This document shows, one piece after another, positions 9,152 through 17,527 of a stretch of 64,000 nucleotides of DNA. Origin of the DNA: a virus. Both the position numbers and the translations under genes were made by a program. Under the pieces are notes generated by a model. The model had not been told where the DNA came from, ran no database searches, and was given only the letters and a program-made list of their open reading frames with translations. The stretch's first letter is position 1. Every line of letters starts with the position of its first letter. The DNA is taken from positions 17,559-81,558 of IMG/VR virus record IMGVR_UViG_3300033148_003055; one strand, given 5' to 3'.

Positions 9152-10510
9152 TCAGAGAAGGACGGCCTGCGGCTTCGGGGGAGGGGGCTTCGGCGGGACG
9201 AACGTGAGGGCGAGAGCGTCGGCGTGGTCGGGCGAGCGGCCGACCCGGGCCTTGACCTTCTCCTTGGCCTCGAGCTGGATACGGCCCTTGCCGTCGAACT
9301 TCTTGGAGATGGCGGCGAGCTGCCCGCCGAGCGCGGACCCCGCTCCCTTCAGCGAGAACTCCTCGTCGCGGAGGGCGAGCATCAGGTTCCAGTACATCTC
9401 GGCCCGGACGTTCTTGAACTGGTCGGGGTCGGTGGCGGACTCGGAGAAGATCACGGGGTTGACGTGGATGTCCTGCTCTTTGAGGATGTCGACTGCGCCG
9501 CCACCGTACCCTCCAGTGTTGTCGACGTTGACGTTGGTCGGGTCGAGCTTCCAGTCCTTGATCAGGTTAATGATCGTGCCGGCGGTCTCGGTCTCCCGCA
9601 TCGAGCGGTGCCCCTCGACGTGAAGGACGCCGCCGTTGTCCCGGACGATGAAGACGTTCTCGTCCCCGCCGAACCGGGCGGTGTCGACTCCCATCTTCCT
9701 GGCGCCACCCTTGGCGTGGTCCCTGGCCTCGGCCTCTTCGATCAGCGACAGGGCGATGAGCGCGTCGACGGCAGCGTCGGGGAACTCGCCCAGGACTCGG
9801 CTCTGCCACGCCGGGCTGCCCTCGCCCCACTCCTTCCGTCGCAGTTCGATCCACGCTTTGTCAGTCAGACCAGGGACGCCATCGGGTAGGTCGAAGGCGC
9901 TGATGTGGAGGTGATCCCACTCGTCAGCGATCTTCCCACGGAACGCTTCGTAGAACGGACCTGAGGGTCGAAGAGGGTTGCCGGAGTAAATGAGGACGCA
10001 GTTACCGGACGACATGTTCCCCTCGAAGGCCTCTGCCATTCCCGCAGTGAGGCCCGACGATTCATCGACGATCTGGAGTACGTGCGGAGCGTGAAGGCCC
10101 GACGCGCTGTCGGGTCGGGCTGGCGACAGAACGTGGGCGAACCACTTGGGCCCGAGTTGCCATCCGGTCTTCTGCATATCCCCGCCTAACCGCTCCTTCG
10201 AGTTGGCGTGCAGTCGGCGGACCTCGGCCCAGACTGTGGTCAAGGCCTGCTCCCAGGTGTTGGCGGTGACGACGGCGATGGAATCTTCGTGGCAGGCAGT
10301 GAACCAGAGCAGGAGGACTGCTAGGCACCAGCTTTTCCCAGAACCGTGTGAGGATCGCACCGCCAGCCGAACCGCTCCCTCTGGGTTGGAGGCAGCGAGC
10401 CGGAGGATACGCTGTTGCTTCCCCCACGGCTCGACCCCGAGGATGTTGCGGGCGAACCAGACTGGGTCGGTGGTGGCTTCTTCGATTACGAACTCGTCGC
10501 CCTTGATCAT
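9152..10510 (-). CDS. terL: Terminase large subunit
   Basis: Walker A SSHGSGKS, Walker B LQIVDES, GNP, nuclease GVDTARFGGDE and SPDHADALAL. Confidence 0.95.
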   Translation of the reverse strand: MIKGDEFVIEEATTDPVWFARNILGVEPWGKQQRILRLAASNPEGAVRLAVRSSHGSGKSWCLAVLLLWFTACHEDSIAVVTANTWEQALTTVWAEVRRLHANSKERLGGDMQKTGWQLGPKWFAHVLSPARPDSASGLHAPHVLQIVDESSGLTAGMAEAFEGNMSSGNCVLIYSGNPLRPSGPFYEAFRGKIADEWDHLHISAFDLPDGVPGLTDKAWIELRRKEWGEGSPAWQSRVLGEFPDAAVDALIALSLIEEAEARDHAKGGARKMGVDTARFGGDENVFIVRDNGGVLHVEGHRSMRETETAGTIINLIKDWKLDPTNVNVDNTGGYGGGAVDILKEQDIHVNPVIFSESATDPDQFKNVRAEMYWNLMLALRDEEFSLKGAGSALGGQLAAISKKFDGKGRIQLEAKEKVKARVGRSPDHADALALTFVPPKPPPPKPQAVLL

Positions 10511-10830
10511 AGCTTCTCTACCTCGGACAGCCCGGGGACGGCCGCGTCCTGCAGGCGCTTGACCTCGGCTTCAAGCTCGGCGATGCGGAGGCGCTTCCGC
10601 TCGATCGTCCTGCACGCCTGGCTGTACGCCCAGGCAGTCGGGTACGGCTGCCAATCGTGTGCGACGGCCAGGTCACGCTCCTCCTTGACCCGAATGAGTT
10701 GAGCCTCGAGTTCCTGATACTTGGACATGGCACCCTTCGGTGGGTCGCCCAGCTTCCGGTCGGTCTCAGGCTGGTACGCCCGCGGCCACCCAAACTCTAT
10801 TCGCCCGACCTTCATGTCGTCGCCGCTCAT
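10507..10830 (-). CDS. Hypothetical protein
   Basis: Coupled ORF ending RIAELEAEV. Confidence 0.55.
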   Translation of the reverse strand: MSGDDMKVGRIEFGWPRAYQPETDRKLGDPPKGAMSKYQELEAQLIRVKEERDLAVAHDWQPYPTAWAYSQACRTIERKRLRIAELEAEVKRLQDAAVPGLSEVEKL

Positions 10831-11135
10831 AGTTTCACCTCGCTCTCGTTAAGGGCGGGGGCAGTGATAAGCGCCTTGAGCCGTTTCACTTCGGCGATCA
10901 ACGCTGGCACGTCCTGACGAGATTGGGCGATGAAGTCGAGGTCGGCCTCGCACTGCTTATGATGCGCCATCCAACGCATGGCACACGCCGCCCACTTGAA
11001 CGGATTGAGCCTCCCCACGATAGTCGTCGGCATGATCGGGTTGCCGGTCCACACGATGCCACAGTCGCCATGCCACGGCCCAGCAGTTGCCGCGTCGCAC
11101 CTCTCCTTGATTGCTTTCAGATCGTCGTCGCTCAT
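10827..11135 (-). CDS. Ead/Ea22-like phage protein
   Basis: AATAGPW...DLDFIAQSRQDVPALIAEV pattern common in phage accessory proteins. Confidence 0.55.
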   Translation of the reverse strand: MSDDDLKAIKERCDAATAGPWHGDCGIVWTGNPIMPTTIVGRLNPFKWAACAMRWMAHHKQCEADLDFIAQSRQDVPALIAEVKRLKALITAPALNESEVKL

Positions 11136-11482
11136 ATCCCACTCCCCTCCTTCTGCTCATCGGGGTCGTCCTCCGGCCCCGGGCCCATCACACCGATCCG
11201 CAGACCATCCTCGAGGATGAGGACTTCGTGGTTCGGGAAGACGTCCTTGAGGTGGTCGATGATCCGCTCGCTGTTGGCCTGACCGAGACGCTTCTCTGTG
11301 ATGATCACCACCGTGTCACCGGGCTCGAGCCGGACGCGCTTCAGCTCCGTCACCTCGATCATGTCCTCCGGGGTCGGTGGGGTCTCGGCGACCTCGGCGC
11401 CGTCGTGACTGAAACTGCCCGGTGACGTGCAGCCGGTGCGCTTCACGCCGCCTGTCTTGAACGAGTCCTTGGTCATTGCCAT
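11132..11482 (-). CDS. Hypothetical protein
   Basis: 116 aa, GAGGAG RBS. Confidence 0.6.
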   Translation of the reverse strand: MAMTKDSFKTGGVKRTGCTSPGSFSHDGAEVAETPPTPEDMIEVTELKRVRLEPGDTVVIITEKRLGQANSERIIDHLKDVFPNHEVLILEDGLRIGVMGPGPEDDPDEQKEGSGI

Positions 11483-11497
11483 GTCGCTCTCCTCAGT

Positions 11498-11574
11498 TGG
11501 TAGCGGGAGCAGGATTCGAACCTGCGATCTCCGGCTTATGAAACCGGTGTGCTAGACCACTGCACCATCCCGCC
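11498..11574 (-). tRNA. tRNA-Met (CAT) (Ile2 not excluded)
   Basis: Cloverleaf, loop TT-CAT-AA, TTCGAAT T-loop, encoded CCA. Confidence 0.9.
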
Positions 11575-11587
11575 CGCTACTCTCCAA

Positions 11588-11661
11588 TGGGGTGACCGGT
11601 GGGGGACGATCCCACGTCTGCTGGTACACAGCCAGCTATTCTTCCGTTGAACTACGGCCAC
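11588..11661 (-). tRNA. tRNA-His (GTG)
   Basis: Loop CT-GTG-TA, C73, CCA; atypical T-loop, no encoded G-1. Confidence 0.8.
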
Positions 11662-11667
11662 TATTAA

Positions 11668-11763
11668 GGGTCCTCGACCAGGATTCGAACCTGGATTACC
11701 GGCGGACCGGTGTTCCGACCTACCGCCGTCGCGCGCAGCACGGCTATTGGAAGACCGAGGACC
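11668..11763 (-). ncRNA. tRNA-like RNA with aberrant D and anticodon arms
   Basis: Acceptor stem and perfect T-arm CCAGG-TTCGAAT-CCTGG, but GGCGG/CCGCC encloses 17 nt instead of a 7-nt loop. Confidence 0.55.
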
Positions 11764-11774
11764 ATTCTCTTCTC

Positions 11775-11849
11775 TGGCGCCCTGACGGGGTGTCGATCCC
11801 CGCTCTCCCGCTAGACAGGCGGGTGTTCTGGCCGATGAACTACCAGGGC
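11775..11849 (-). tRNA. tRNA-Asp (GTC)
   Basis: Loop CT-GTC-TA, G73, CCA. Confidence 0.88.
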
Positions 11850-11861
11850 GCGCTGTGTATC

Positions 11862-11937
11862 TGGCAGGGCAGGAGGGATTCGAACCCCCAATCGCCCGGT
11901 CCGTAGCCGGGTGCCTTATCCGTTGGGCCACTGCCCC
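11862..11937 (-). tRNA. tRNA-Arg (ACG)
   Basis: Loop CT-ACG-GA, canonical T-arm, CCA. Confidence 0.9.
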
Positions 11938-11939
11938 GA

Positions 11940-12015
11940 TGGTCGGTGGGGGAGGATTTGAACCTCCGCCTTCACGCTTATCAGGCGCGTGCTCTGACCC
12001 CTGAACTACCCACCG
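11940..12015 (-). tRNA. tRNA-Ile (GAT)
   Basis: Loop CT-GAT-AA, CCA. Confidence 0.9.
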
Positions 12016-12026
12016 ACTCGTCGTAC

Positions 12027-12114
12027 TGGAGGAAGGCGGAGGACTTGCACCCCACCCCGTGAAGGGCGAACTGTTTTCTAAACAGGCCCGGCACGCTTGA
12101 CCGGTTCGCCTTCC
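12027..12114 (-). tRNA. tRNA-Ser (AGA)-like, 8/4 fold with long variable arm
   Basis: 8-bp acceptor GGAAGGCG/CGCCTTCC, 4-bp T-stem, loop TT-AGA-AA, U73, CCA. Confidence 0.7.
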
Positions 12115-12122
12115 AGTTACTA

Positions 12123-12198
12123 TGGCGGGCCGCACAGGGGTCGAACCTGCACCCTCCTGATTTGGAATCAGGCGCTCTACCCTCTGAGCTTCCGACCC
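12123..12198 (-). tRNA. tRNA-Trp (CCA)
   Basis: Loop TT-CCA-AA, CCA end. Confidence 0.88.
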
Positions 12199-12206
12199 TC
12201 GGACGC

Positions 12207-12282
12207 TGGACCGGACGGAGGGACTTGAACCCTCACCTCCAGCATGGCGAGCTGGCGTGCAGCCGTTGAACACCACGCCCGG
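12207..12282 (-). tRNA. tRNA-Gly (GCC)
   Basis: Loop TC-GCC-AT, U73, CCA. Confidence 0.85.
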
Positions 12283-12293
12283 TCGAATACTTT

Positions 12294-12369
12294 TGGTGGA
12301 GACGGTCGGAATCGAACCGACCACACGGACCTTGCAAGGGTCTGTCGCCCCCTTGGAACATGCGCCCCC
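12294..12369 (-). tRNA. tRNA-Ala (TGC)
   Basis: Loop CT-TGC-AA, G3:U70 identity pair, A73, CCA. Confidence 0.85.
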
Positions 12370-12380
12370 ACTCTCGACTA

Positions 12381-12456
12381 TGGTAGGACTGGTGGGCTTC
12401 GAACCCACAACCGTCAGATTAAGAATCTGCTGCTCGTCCACTTGAGCTTCAGTCCT
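12381..12456 (-). tRNA. tRNA-Lys (CTT)
   Basis: Loop TT-CTT-AA, CCA. Confidence 0.88.
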
Positions 12457-12464
12457 CTCGTTCC

Positions 12465-12558
12465 TGGTTGGGCCGCCTGGACTTGAACCAGGAACCTCCC
12501 GATTTCGGGTGCTCTGCCTCGCGAACTGGTACCCCAGCCGCTCTGAACTACAGCGCCT
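12465..12558 (-). ncRNA. Anticodon-less tRNA-like RNA with expanded D-loop
   Basis: T-arm CCTGG-TTCAAGT-CCAGG and ACCA end; anticodon arm reduced to CCCG-AAAT-CGGG; extra hairpin inside D-loop. Confidence 0.6.
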
Positions 12559-12566
12559 TCGTATCT

Positions 12567-12641
12567 TGGTCGGCGTGGCAGGGATCGAACCTGCGACGTC
12601 CTGCTCCCAAAGCAGGCCCCCTACCGCTGGGTCACACGCCG
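12567..12641 (-). tRNA. tRNA-Pro (TGG)
   Basis: Loop TT-TGG-GA, C1:G72, CCA. Confidence 0.9.
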
Positions 12642-12862
12642 ACGATCATGTCCCCGGTCCTCCCGCACGCAGGGCAGACGACAGCGTAGAAGCTCGACGT
12701 CTGCCCAATCTGCAGGCGACCGTCCACGTAAAGCATCGGCGCACCACATCCGGTCTTACTGCACAGCACCCCGGCCTCCCTCTTTGTGGCCTCCTCTTGG
12801 GCGTCCTTCGCCCGCCTCATCGCCGCTCGGTTGTGGTCCGCCAACGTTTCCATCTCACCCAT
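12632..12862 (-). CDS. Small Zn-ribbon protein inside tRNA array
   Basis: CSKTGC...CPAC. Confidence 0.5.
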   Translation of the reverse strand: MGEMETLADHNRAAMRRAKDAQEEATKREAGVLCSKTGCGAPMLYVDGRLQIGQTSSFYAVVCPACGRTGDMIVGV

Positions 12863-12877
12863 GTCGCTTCCCCTATC

Positions 12878-12952
12878 TGGAGCCGGCGGAGGGTCTCGAA
12901 CCCCCGTCTGCACTTTACGAGAGTGCTGCTAAGCCAACTCAGCTACGCCGGC
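12878..12952 (-). tRNA. tRNA-Thr (CGT)
   Basis: Loop CT-CGT-AA, CCA. Confidence 0.87.
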
Positions 12953-12962
12953 CCTTGTGAAC

Positions 12963-13031
12963 TGGTGGGCGGGGGCGCCCCATCGGCAAACAGCGGATTC
13001 GCCGTCGGAGTCTCGAACGCCTCCCCCGCCC
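12963..13031 (-). ncRNA. CCA-ended mini tRNA-like RNA A
   Basis: GGGCGGG/CCCGCCC terminal stem plus ACCA, internal hairpin, no canonical T-loop. Confidence 0.45.
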
Positions 13032-13038
13032 CTTCCTA

Positions 13039-13099
13039 TGGTGCCGGCCTCCCGTCAGTCCGGGGCCCCGCGTGCTACACGGGGGTGCTAGCGGCCGGC
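13039..13099 (-). ncRNA. CCA-ended mini tRNA-like RNA B
   Basis: GCCGGCC/GGCCGGC terminal stem plus ACCA, two internal hairpins. Confidence 0.45.
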
Positions 13100-13308
13100 G
13101 TCGTTGCCTTATCGGTCCATCATCCCCAGACTTCAATGCCTTGTAGGGCGGCGTGTTGCCTGCATCCGAAGGCGGTGTGGATACTGCCCTTGAACTTCCC
13201 TTTCTGTACCGGGATCGAGGGGCTCCCCTCGAGCGGCCCGAAGCACGCCATGCACACCTTCCGGAAGTCCTGGGTCGGCTTGCGCTTGATCATCTCGTAT
13301 CCACCCCC

Positions 13309-13879
13309 CTACAGCTTCGAGTCCAGGTAATAGATCGCCACCCCGACCGACACAGCGAAGCCCACCCACAGGGTCAGCACCCCGAGCGCGATCCCGAGGA
13401 GGAGCCAGAGGATGGTCATGACTTCCTCCCCCACCTGGCGAGCCGGACGCCAAGCGTAGCCACGGCTTGGAACGGCCAGGTCACTGCACACGCGATCGCC
13501 ACGACCAGGATGACCGCGGCCATCACCGGCCAGAAGAACAGGGCGATGGCGACCAGCTTCCAGTCTTCGTCATCGATCTTCGAGGGAGCGTACCGGAGTA
13601 ACCCCACCCCCGTCAGGAACCCGACCAGTAGGTACCCCACTATCGCTAGGTATATCACTCCCCACCCCCGTCTCTGGGCTTGCACACCGTCGCCAGCCAC
13701 TGTACCGCCTTCGCCCACAACGCCAGTATCGTCAAGAGCAAAGCGATAGGCCAGCCGAAGACGAGGAACACGTTGAAGCCTTGGACCTCCAGCTCCGGCT
13801 GCGGGTCGAGCCAGCGCAGGTAAACAACCGCGAACACCGACCCGACCAACAGATACCCCACCACGTATACGGCGATCAC
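13309..13879 (-). CDS. Three consecutive small membrane proteins (about 13309-13419, 13416-13658, 13655-13879)
   Basis: Coupled hydrophobic ORFs; two share V.GYLLVG...WP motifs. Confidence 0.55.
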
Positions 13880-15531
13880 TCCCCACCCCCCGTCTTGCGG
13901 ACCACGTCGCACTCCGTAGGCGCCAGCGGCATACGCTTGAGCGCAATCTCTGCGGCGACCCGGCTCTCATACCGACCCAGCGGCCTGAGGGCATTCATGC
14001 ACCACACCTCCCAAGGCAGCGGCGCGGGGCGGGCCATCACCCGCTTGACCTCATCCACGAGCGTCGGCGTGCCGTGGAAGCCCTTCGAGCCGAGGACCTT
14101 GTGCGCTTCGTCGATCACGCTCATCCTGCGGTCGGCCCTAGCCCTCAGGTCCTCCACCCTGTGGACCAGACTGTCAGGACCCCACTCTAATACCCCATAC
14201 ACTCCGAGGGCCTTGGCGATCCGGTTCTGGTACTGCCTGTAGACGTCGTTGAACTTGAGGTCGTACTTGAGCCGGTCGACCTCGTCCTGGGTCTTGGCGG
14301 CGATCACGACCATCTCGTCAAGCTCCCTCTCCAGCTGCCCGATCATCATCTGGGTGCCGGCCTCGGACCTGCGCTTGAGCTCGATCCAGTCGTGCTGCGA
14401 CTTGACCGCGTTCACGAGGTAGTCGACGTCCCACGGTTCCACGCCGTACACGTCCAGGGCCTTGGCTACCCCGACCTTGAAGTCGTCGAGCTTCTCCTCG
14501 AAGGTGTCCCGCTCCGTCCTGGTTTGTGACGCCCGCTCGTTCGCCTCGGTCAGCTTCGTCTCGAGTTCGACCCGCTTTTCGCGGATGAGTCTGACCTCGT
14601 CGACGATGTGGTCATCCTTCCCCCCGCTCAGGCTCCAGCCGAGGATGTTAAGCAGCGAGCCCCGCAGGGCGTAGTACCGCTTGTCCAGAGCGGCGTAGTT
14701 CTTCTTGAGCTCGTCCCGCCCCCTGATCGTCCTGGCGAGGGTCTCGCCGGTCACGGCGACGCCAGCCTTGTAGGCCTTGGTGTCTCGCTCTGCAGAATCC
14801 CGGTCCTCCCTGGCCTTGTGCGCCTCCACCACCCAGGCGTTGGCCTTGCGTTCGAGCTGACCGATCTTCTCCTGGTACCCGCGTACCTTCTCAGCTACGT
14901 CGATGAGGCTGGGTTGGACATTCGCCCCGATGAACGACATCCACACACTGTGAGCGCCGTCACGGATGCGAATGCCACCCATCTCAATGTCGACACTCCG
15001 GCCGAAGCCAACATCCTTCGTCGGCGGCTTCGGTGCGGTGACGGTGTTGGCGTTCATCCCGGTACATGCGCCGCAGTTGACGGGCACGTGCCCTGGACTG
15101 GCTACCGGGAACCTCACCCCGCACTGCTTGCATAGACTCGTGGTCACCCTGCGCTCGATGCGGAGACCATCGAAGTCGTCGTCCTTGGCCTTCGGCTTCC
15201 CCCGCTCACCGTAGCAGTCGCGGCAGACCATGCCGTCGTTCGCCACGACCATCGCCGCCCTGTAGTACATGAAACCACAGTCCAGGCACGGGACCTCGGG
15301 CTTGTCGGGGAACTTCTCGCCGTCGAGGATACGTTCGACTGTGTCCACAAGCCTGGCGCCCGCGTTGTCGTCCGGCTCGCCGAACATGTCGATGGTCCCG
15401 AACGTCTTCCAGTCGTCGTCGACCTTCAGCACCTGAACCGCGTCGTACCCCAGGTACGTCATCGCGGACATGAAGGCCATTGCCCTCTGTTCAGTCCGAT
15501 GGGTCACCTTCACCGTCTTGATCATCGCCAC
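13876..15531 (-). CDS. Coiled-coil protein with CxxC pairs
   Basis: 551 aa, four CxxC pairs, repeated AKALxVYGV..W..D.LV segment. Confidence 0.7.
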   Translation of the reverse strand: MAMIKTVKVTHRTEQRAMAFMSAMTYLGYDAVQVLKVDDDWKTFGTIDMFGEPDDNAGARLVDTVERILDGEKFPDKPEVPCLDCGFMYYRAAMVVANDGMVCRDCYGERGKPKAKDDDFDGLRIERRVTTSLCKQCGVRFPVASPGHVPVNCGACTGMNANTVTAPKPPTKDVGFGRSVDIEMGGIRIRDGAHSVWMSFIGANVQPSLIDVAEKVRGYQEKIGQLERKANAWVVEAHKAREDRDSAERDTKAYKAGVAVTGETLARTIRGRDELKKNYAALDKRYYALRGSLLNILGWSLSGGKDDHIVDEVRLIREKRVELETKLTEANERASQTRTERDTFEEKLDDFKVGVAKALDVYGVEPWDVDYLVNAVKSQHDWIELKRRSEAGTQMMIGQLERELDEMVVIAAKTQDEVDRLKYDLKFNDVYRQYQNRIAKALGVYGVLEWGPDSLVHRVEDLRARADRRMSVIDEAHKVLGSKGFHGTPTLVDEVKRVMARPAPLPWEVWCMNALRPLGRYESRVAAEIALKRMPLAPTECDVVRKTGGGE

Positions 15532-16129
15532 TCTCCTCGCTTAGAGCTTCCGATCCGTTAGAACCCTCGGGGGGAATATACCCCACTTCCGAGGGGTCGT
15601 CAACCTTTTTCTTTGGAGAATCTGGATTCGTTGCCTTGACCTCAATCGTCTTCACCTTCGCGGCTTCGAGTTCCTTCCGTTTTTCTGCAGACAAGGCCTT
15701 GACCAGTTCCGTGAACGCCGGGACCTCAAGCCTCCCCTTGACCTCCACGCTCCTGGTATCTTGCCAGCCGCCTTTGTTAATCAACACGAAGACTTGGGCG
15801 CCGAAGTGGCCCATCCCGTCCTTGTCACCGTAAAGCGCCTTCCGGTACAGAGCATGCTCGACCTTGACGATGAGGTCGTCCTTCGCTTTGCGGATCGCCT
15901 CGGCGAACTCGGGCTTCGATTCCATCCACCGGTAGAAGGTTTGCTTCGAAATCTTGGCGGACCTGCATGCCATCTCCACGGTAGAGGCATGGCCGATCGC
16001 GTCGATCAGAACCTCCTCCTTTTTACGCGTCGCTTTCGTCACGTCTTTGCTGTTACTATTTGGTTTCTTTTTCGTAGCCTTTTCCGTAGACGTTTCAGTA
16101 GCCTTTTCCGTACCCTTTTTCTTACCCAC
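15491..16129 (-). CDS. terS: Terminase small subunit
   Basis: HTH ACRSAKISKQTFYRW, VEHALYRKA, AQVFVLINKGGWQD. Confidence 0.8.
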   Translation of the reverse strand: MGKKKGTEKATETSTEKATKKKPNSNSKDVTKATRKKEEVLIDAIGHASTVEMACRSAKISKQTFYRWMESKPEFAEAIRKAKDDLIVKVEHALYRKALYGDKDGMGHFGAQVFVLINKGGWQDTRSVEVKGRLEVPAFTELVKALSAEKRKELEAAKVKTIEVKATNPDSPKKKVDDPSEVGYIPPEGSNGSEALSEESGDDQDGEGDPSD

Positions 16130-16201
16130 TTACGTACCTGCTTCCGTGGTGAATTACATACACGATTACATACACGCTTACGTACCCTTATCGGTAGACA
16201 C
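16070..16201. repeat. Eleven degenerate 12-bp units spanning the terS start
   Basis: In-phase units with core TT(A/C)CGTA, e.g. TTCCGTAGACGT, TTACGTACCTGC, TTACATACACGA. Confidence 0.7.
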
Positions 16202-16798
16202 TACCGTCTCCTTCAAGGCCTCCGCGTGCTCCTTCTTCAGCCGCGCGATCGTCGCGTCGTTCATCTTGCAGACCTTGTGCGCGGTGTCCCTCTCCTGCCG
16301 GGCAGCGTTGCGTTGGATCACGACCGCCGCGGTCTCCCGCTGGGCCTTCGCCACGTTATCCCGACAGGCGTCCCGTGAAACGGTCAACTCGTCGATTGCC
16401 AACGCCCGGTCCGCACACCCTGGACAAGCACCGACTTCATCACCGATCGTTCCCTCGTGGTGCTTCAGGTCGTTCAGCAACCTGACGACTTCCGATTCTG
16501 CGGTCGCAAGCCGCTTCTTCAGCTTCACATCCATGCCGGCCTTCTTCTGTCTCTCGACGGTGAGCTTCCGCTCCATGTCCCGAGCGGAGTGCTCTGCCGC
16601 GGACGCCCGCGACTCTGCCGAGGCCACCTGGCGTATCTTCTCGAGGTCGGCCTTCCGCTCTGCCTGGAGCTCGGCAACCAGCTTCTCCGATTTCCCCAGG
16701 TCCTTCAGCACGGTCTCGACCTTCGCCTGCTGCGCTTTGAAACCGGCCTGCGCGTTGTCCCGTTCCTTCCGTGCCTGTACCAACGCATCACTCATCAT
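16178..16798 (-). CDS. Coiled-coil hypothetical protein
   Basis: 206 aa, heptad-rich. Confidence 0.65.
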   Translation of the reverse strand: MMSDALVQARKERDNAQAGFKAQQAKVETVLKDLGKSEKLVAELQAERKADLEKIRQVASAESRASAAEHSARDMERKLTVERQKKAGMDVKLKKRLATAESEVVRLLNDLKHHEGTIGDEVGACPGCADRALAIDELTVSRDACRDNVAKAQRETAAVVIQRNAARQERDTAHKVCKMNDATIARLKKEHAEALKETVVSTDKGT

Positions 16799-17297
16799 CG
16801 ACTCCTTCCAGGTCCAGTCGGACCCTCAGTTCCTTGATAGCCTCCTCAACGATCTGGCCCACCCGGGCCTTCGACACCCCCTCCACCTCCGCCACCTCCG
16901 CGAGGGTCCACCCCTCCCACATCCGCCACACCAACACCCGACGCTGCCGCGGGGTCAGCATCTTCAGCAGCGACTCAGCCTCGCCTCGGTCGGACAGCAG
17001 CTCGGGCACCCCCACCCCAGGGGCCTCGATGGTACCCGGTAGCATGTCCAGCCGGATTACTGGCTCCTCCAGTAGTCCCCGCGCATAGTCCGTCATCGCT
17101 CCCCATGCTACGGTCCGGACGTAGGTGCCGCGAGTCGATGCTCCGTCCCGGAGCCTCGACCGGGCACGAAGCATGGCTTCGTACCCAGGCCACATCAACT
17201 CATCGACGTCGAACTCCACGCCCGACCACCTGGCCCGCACACCCTTCGCAATTCGCTCCAGCATCCGCCAGTCAAGCGGGTCGATGTCGTCTCTCAC
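16788..17297 (-). CDS. RNA polymerase sigma factor-like protein (late transcription candidate)
   Basis: Region 2-like VDELMWPGYEAML and region 4 LTPRQRRVL...TLAEVAEVEGVSKARVGQI. Confidence 0.8.
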   Translation of the reverse strand: MRDDIDPLDWRMLERIAKGVRARWSGVEFDVDELMWPGYEAMLRARSRLRDGASTRGTYVRTVAWGAMTDYARGLLEEPVIRLDMLPGTIEAPGVGVPELLSDRGEAESLLKMLTPRQRRVLVWRMWEGWTLAEVAEVEGVSKARVGQIVEEAIKELRVRLDLEGVDDE

Positions 17298-17302
17298 TGC
17301 GC

Positions 17303-17458
17303 ACTCCAAAAGGTAAAACGTTCAAAATTACATTCTAACAATAGGGGGGGGGTGGGGGTCTCTTTCTTTAAGAGTCATATATAACTTTTTAAATATTACC
17401 CTTAAGATGGGTACCACACCCCCCCCTGTTATTGAAGTGTAATTTTGGGCGTTTTTAC
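17303..17458. repeat. Long imperfect palindrome with AT-rich core, copy 1 (origin or recombination site candidate)
   Basis: CAAAATTACA..G-tract / C-tract..TGTAATTTTG arms; homologous to 48837-48978. Confidence 0.75.
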
Positions 17459-17527
17459 AATCTACCATGTAAGTCCTATCTCCTAGGGGACTTAGATTTT
17501 CAGTCCAAACTCATCAATTTCACCTTC

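Noticed and set aside
12027-12114. Selenocysteine or suppressor tRNA implying recoding
   Set aside because: Anticodon reads AGA, and genes end normally at TAA, TAG and TGA
11536-12441. 301-aa ORF across the tRNA array
   Set aside because: Translation of tRNA sequence; no protein features
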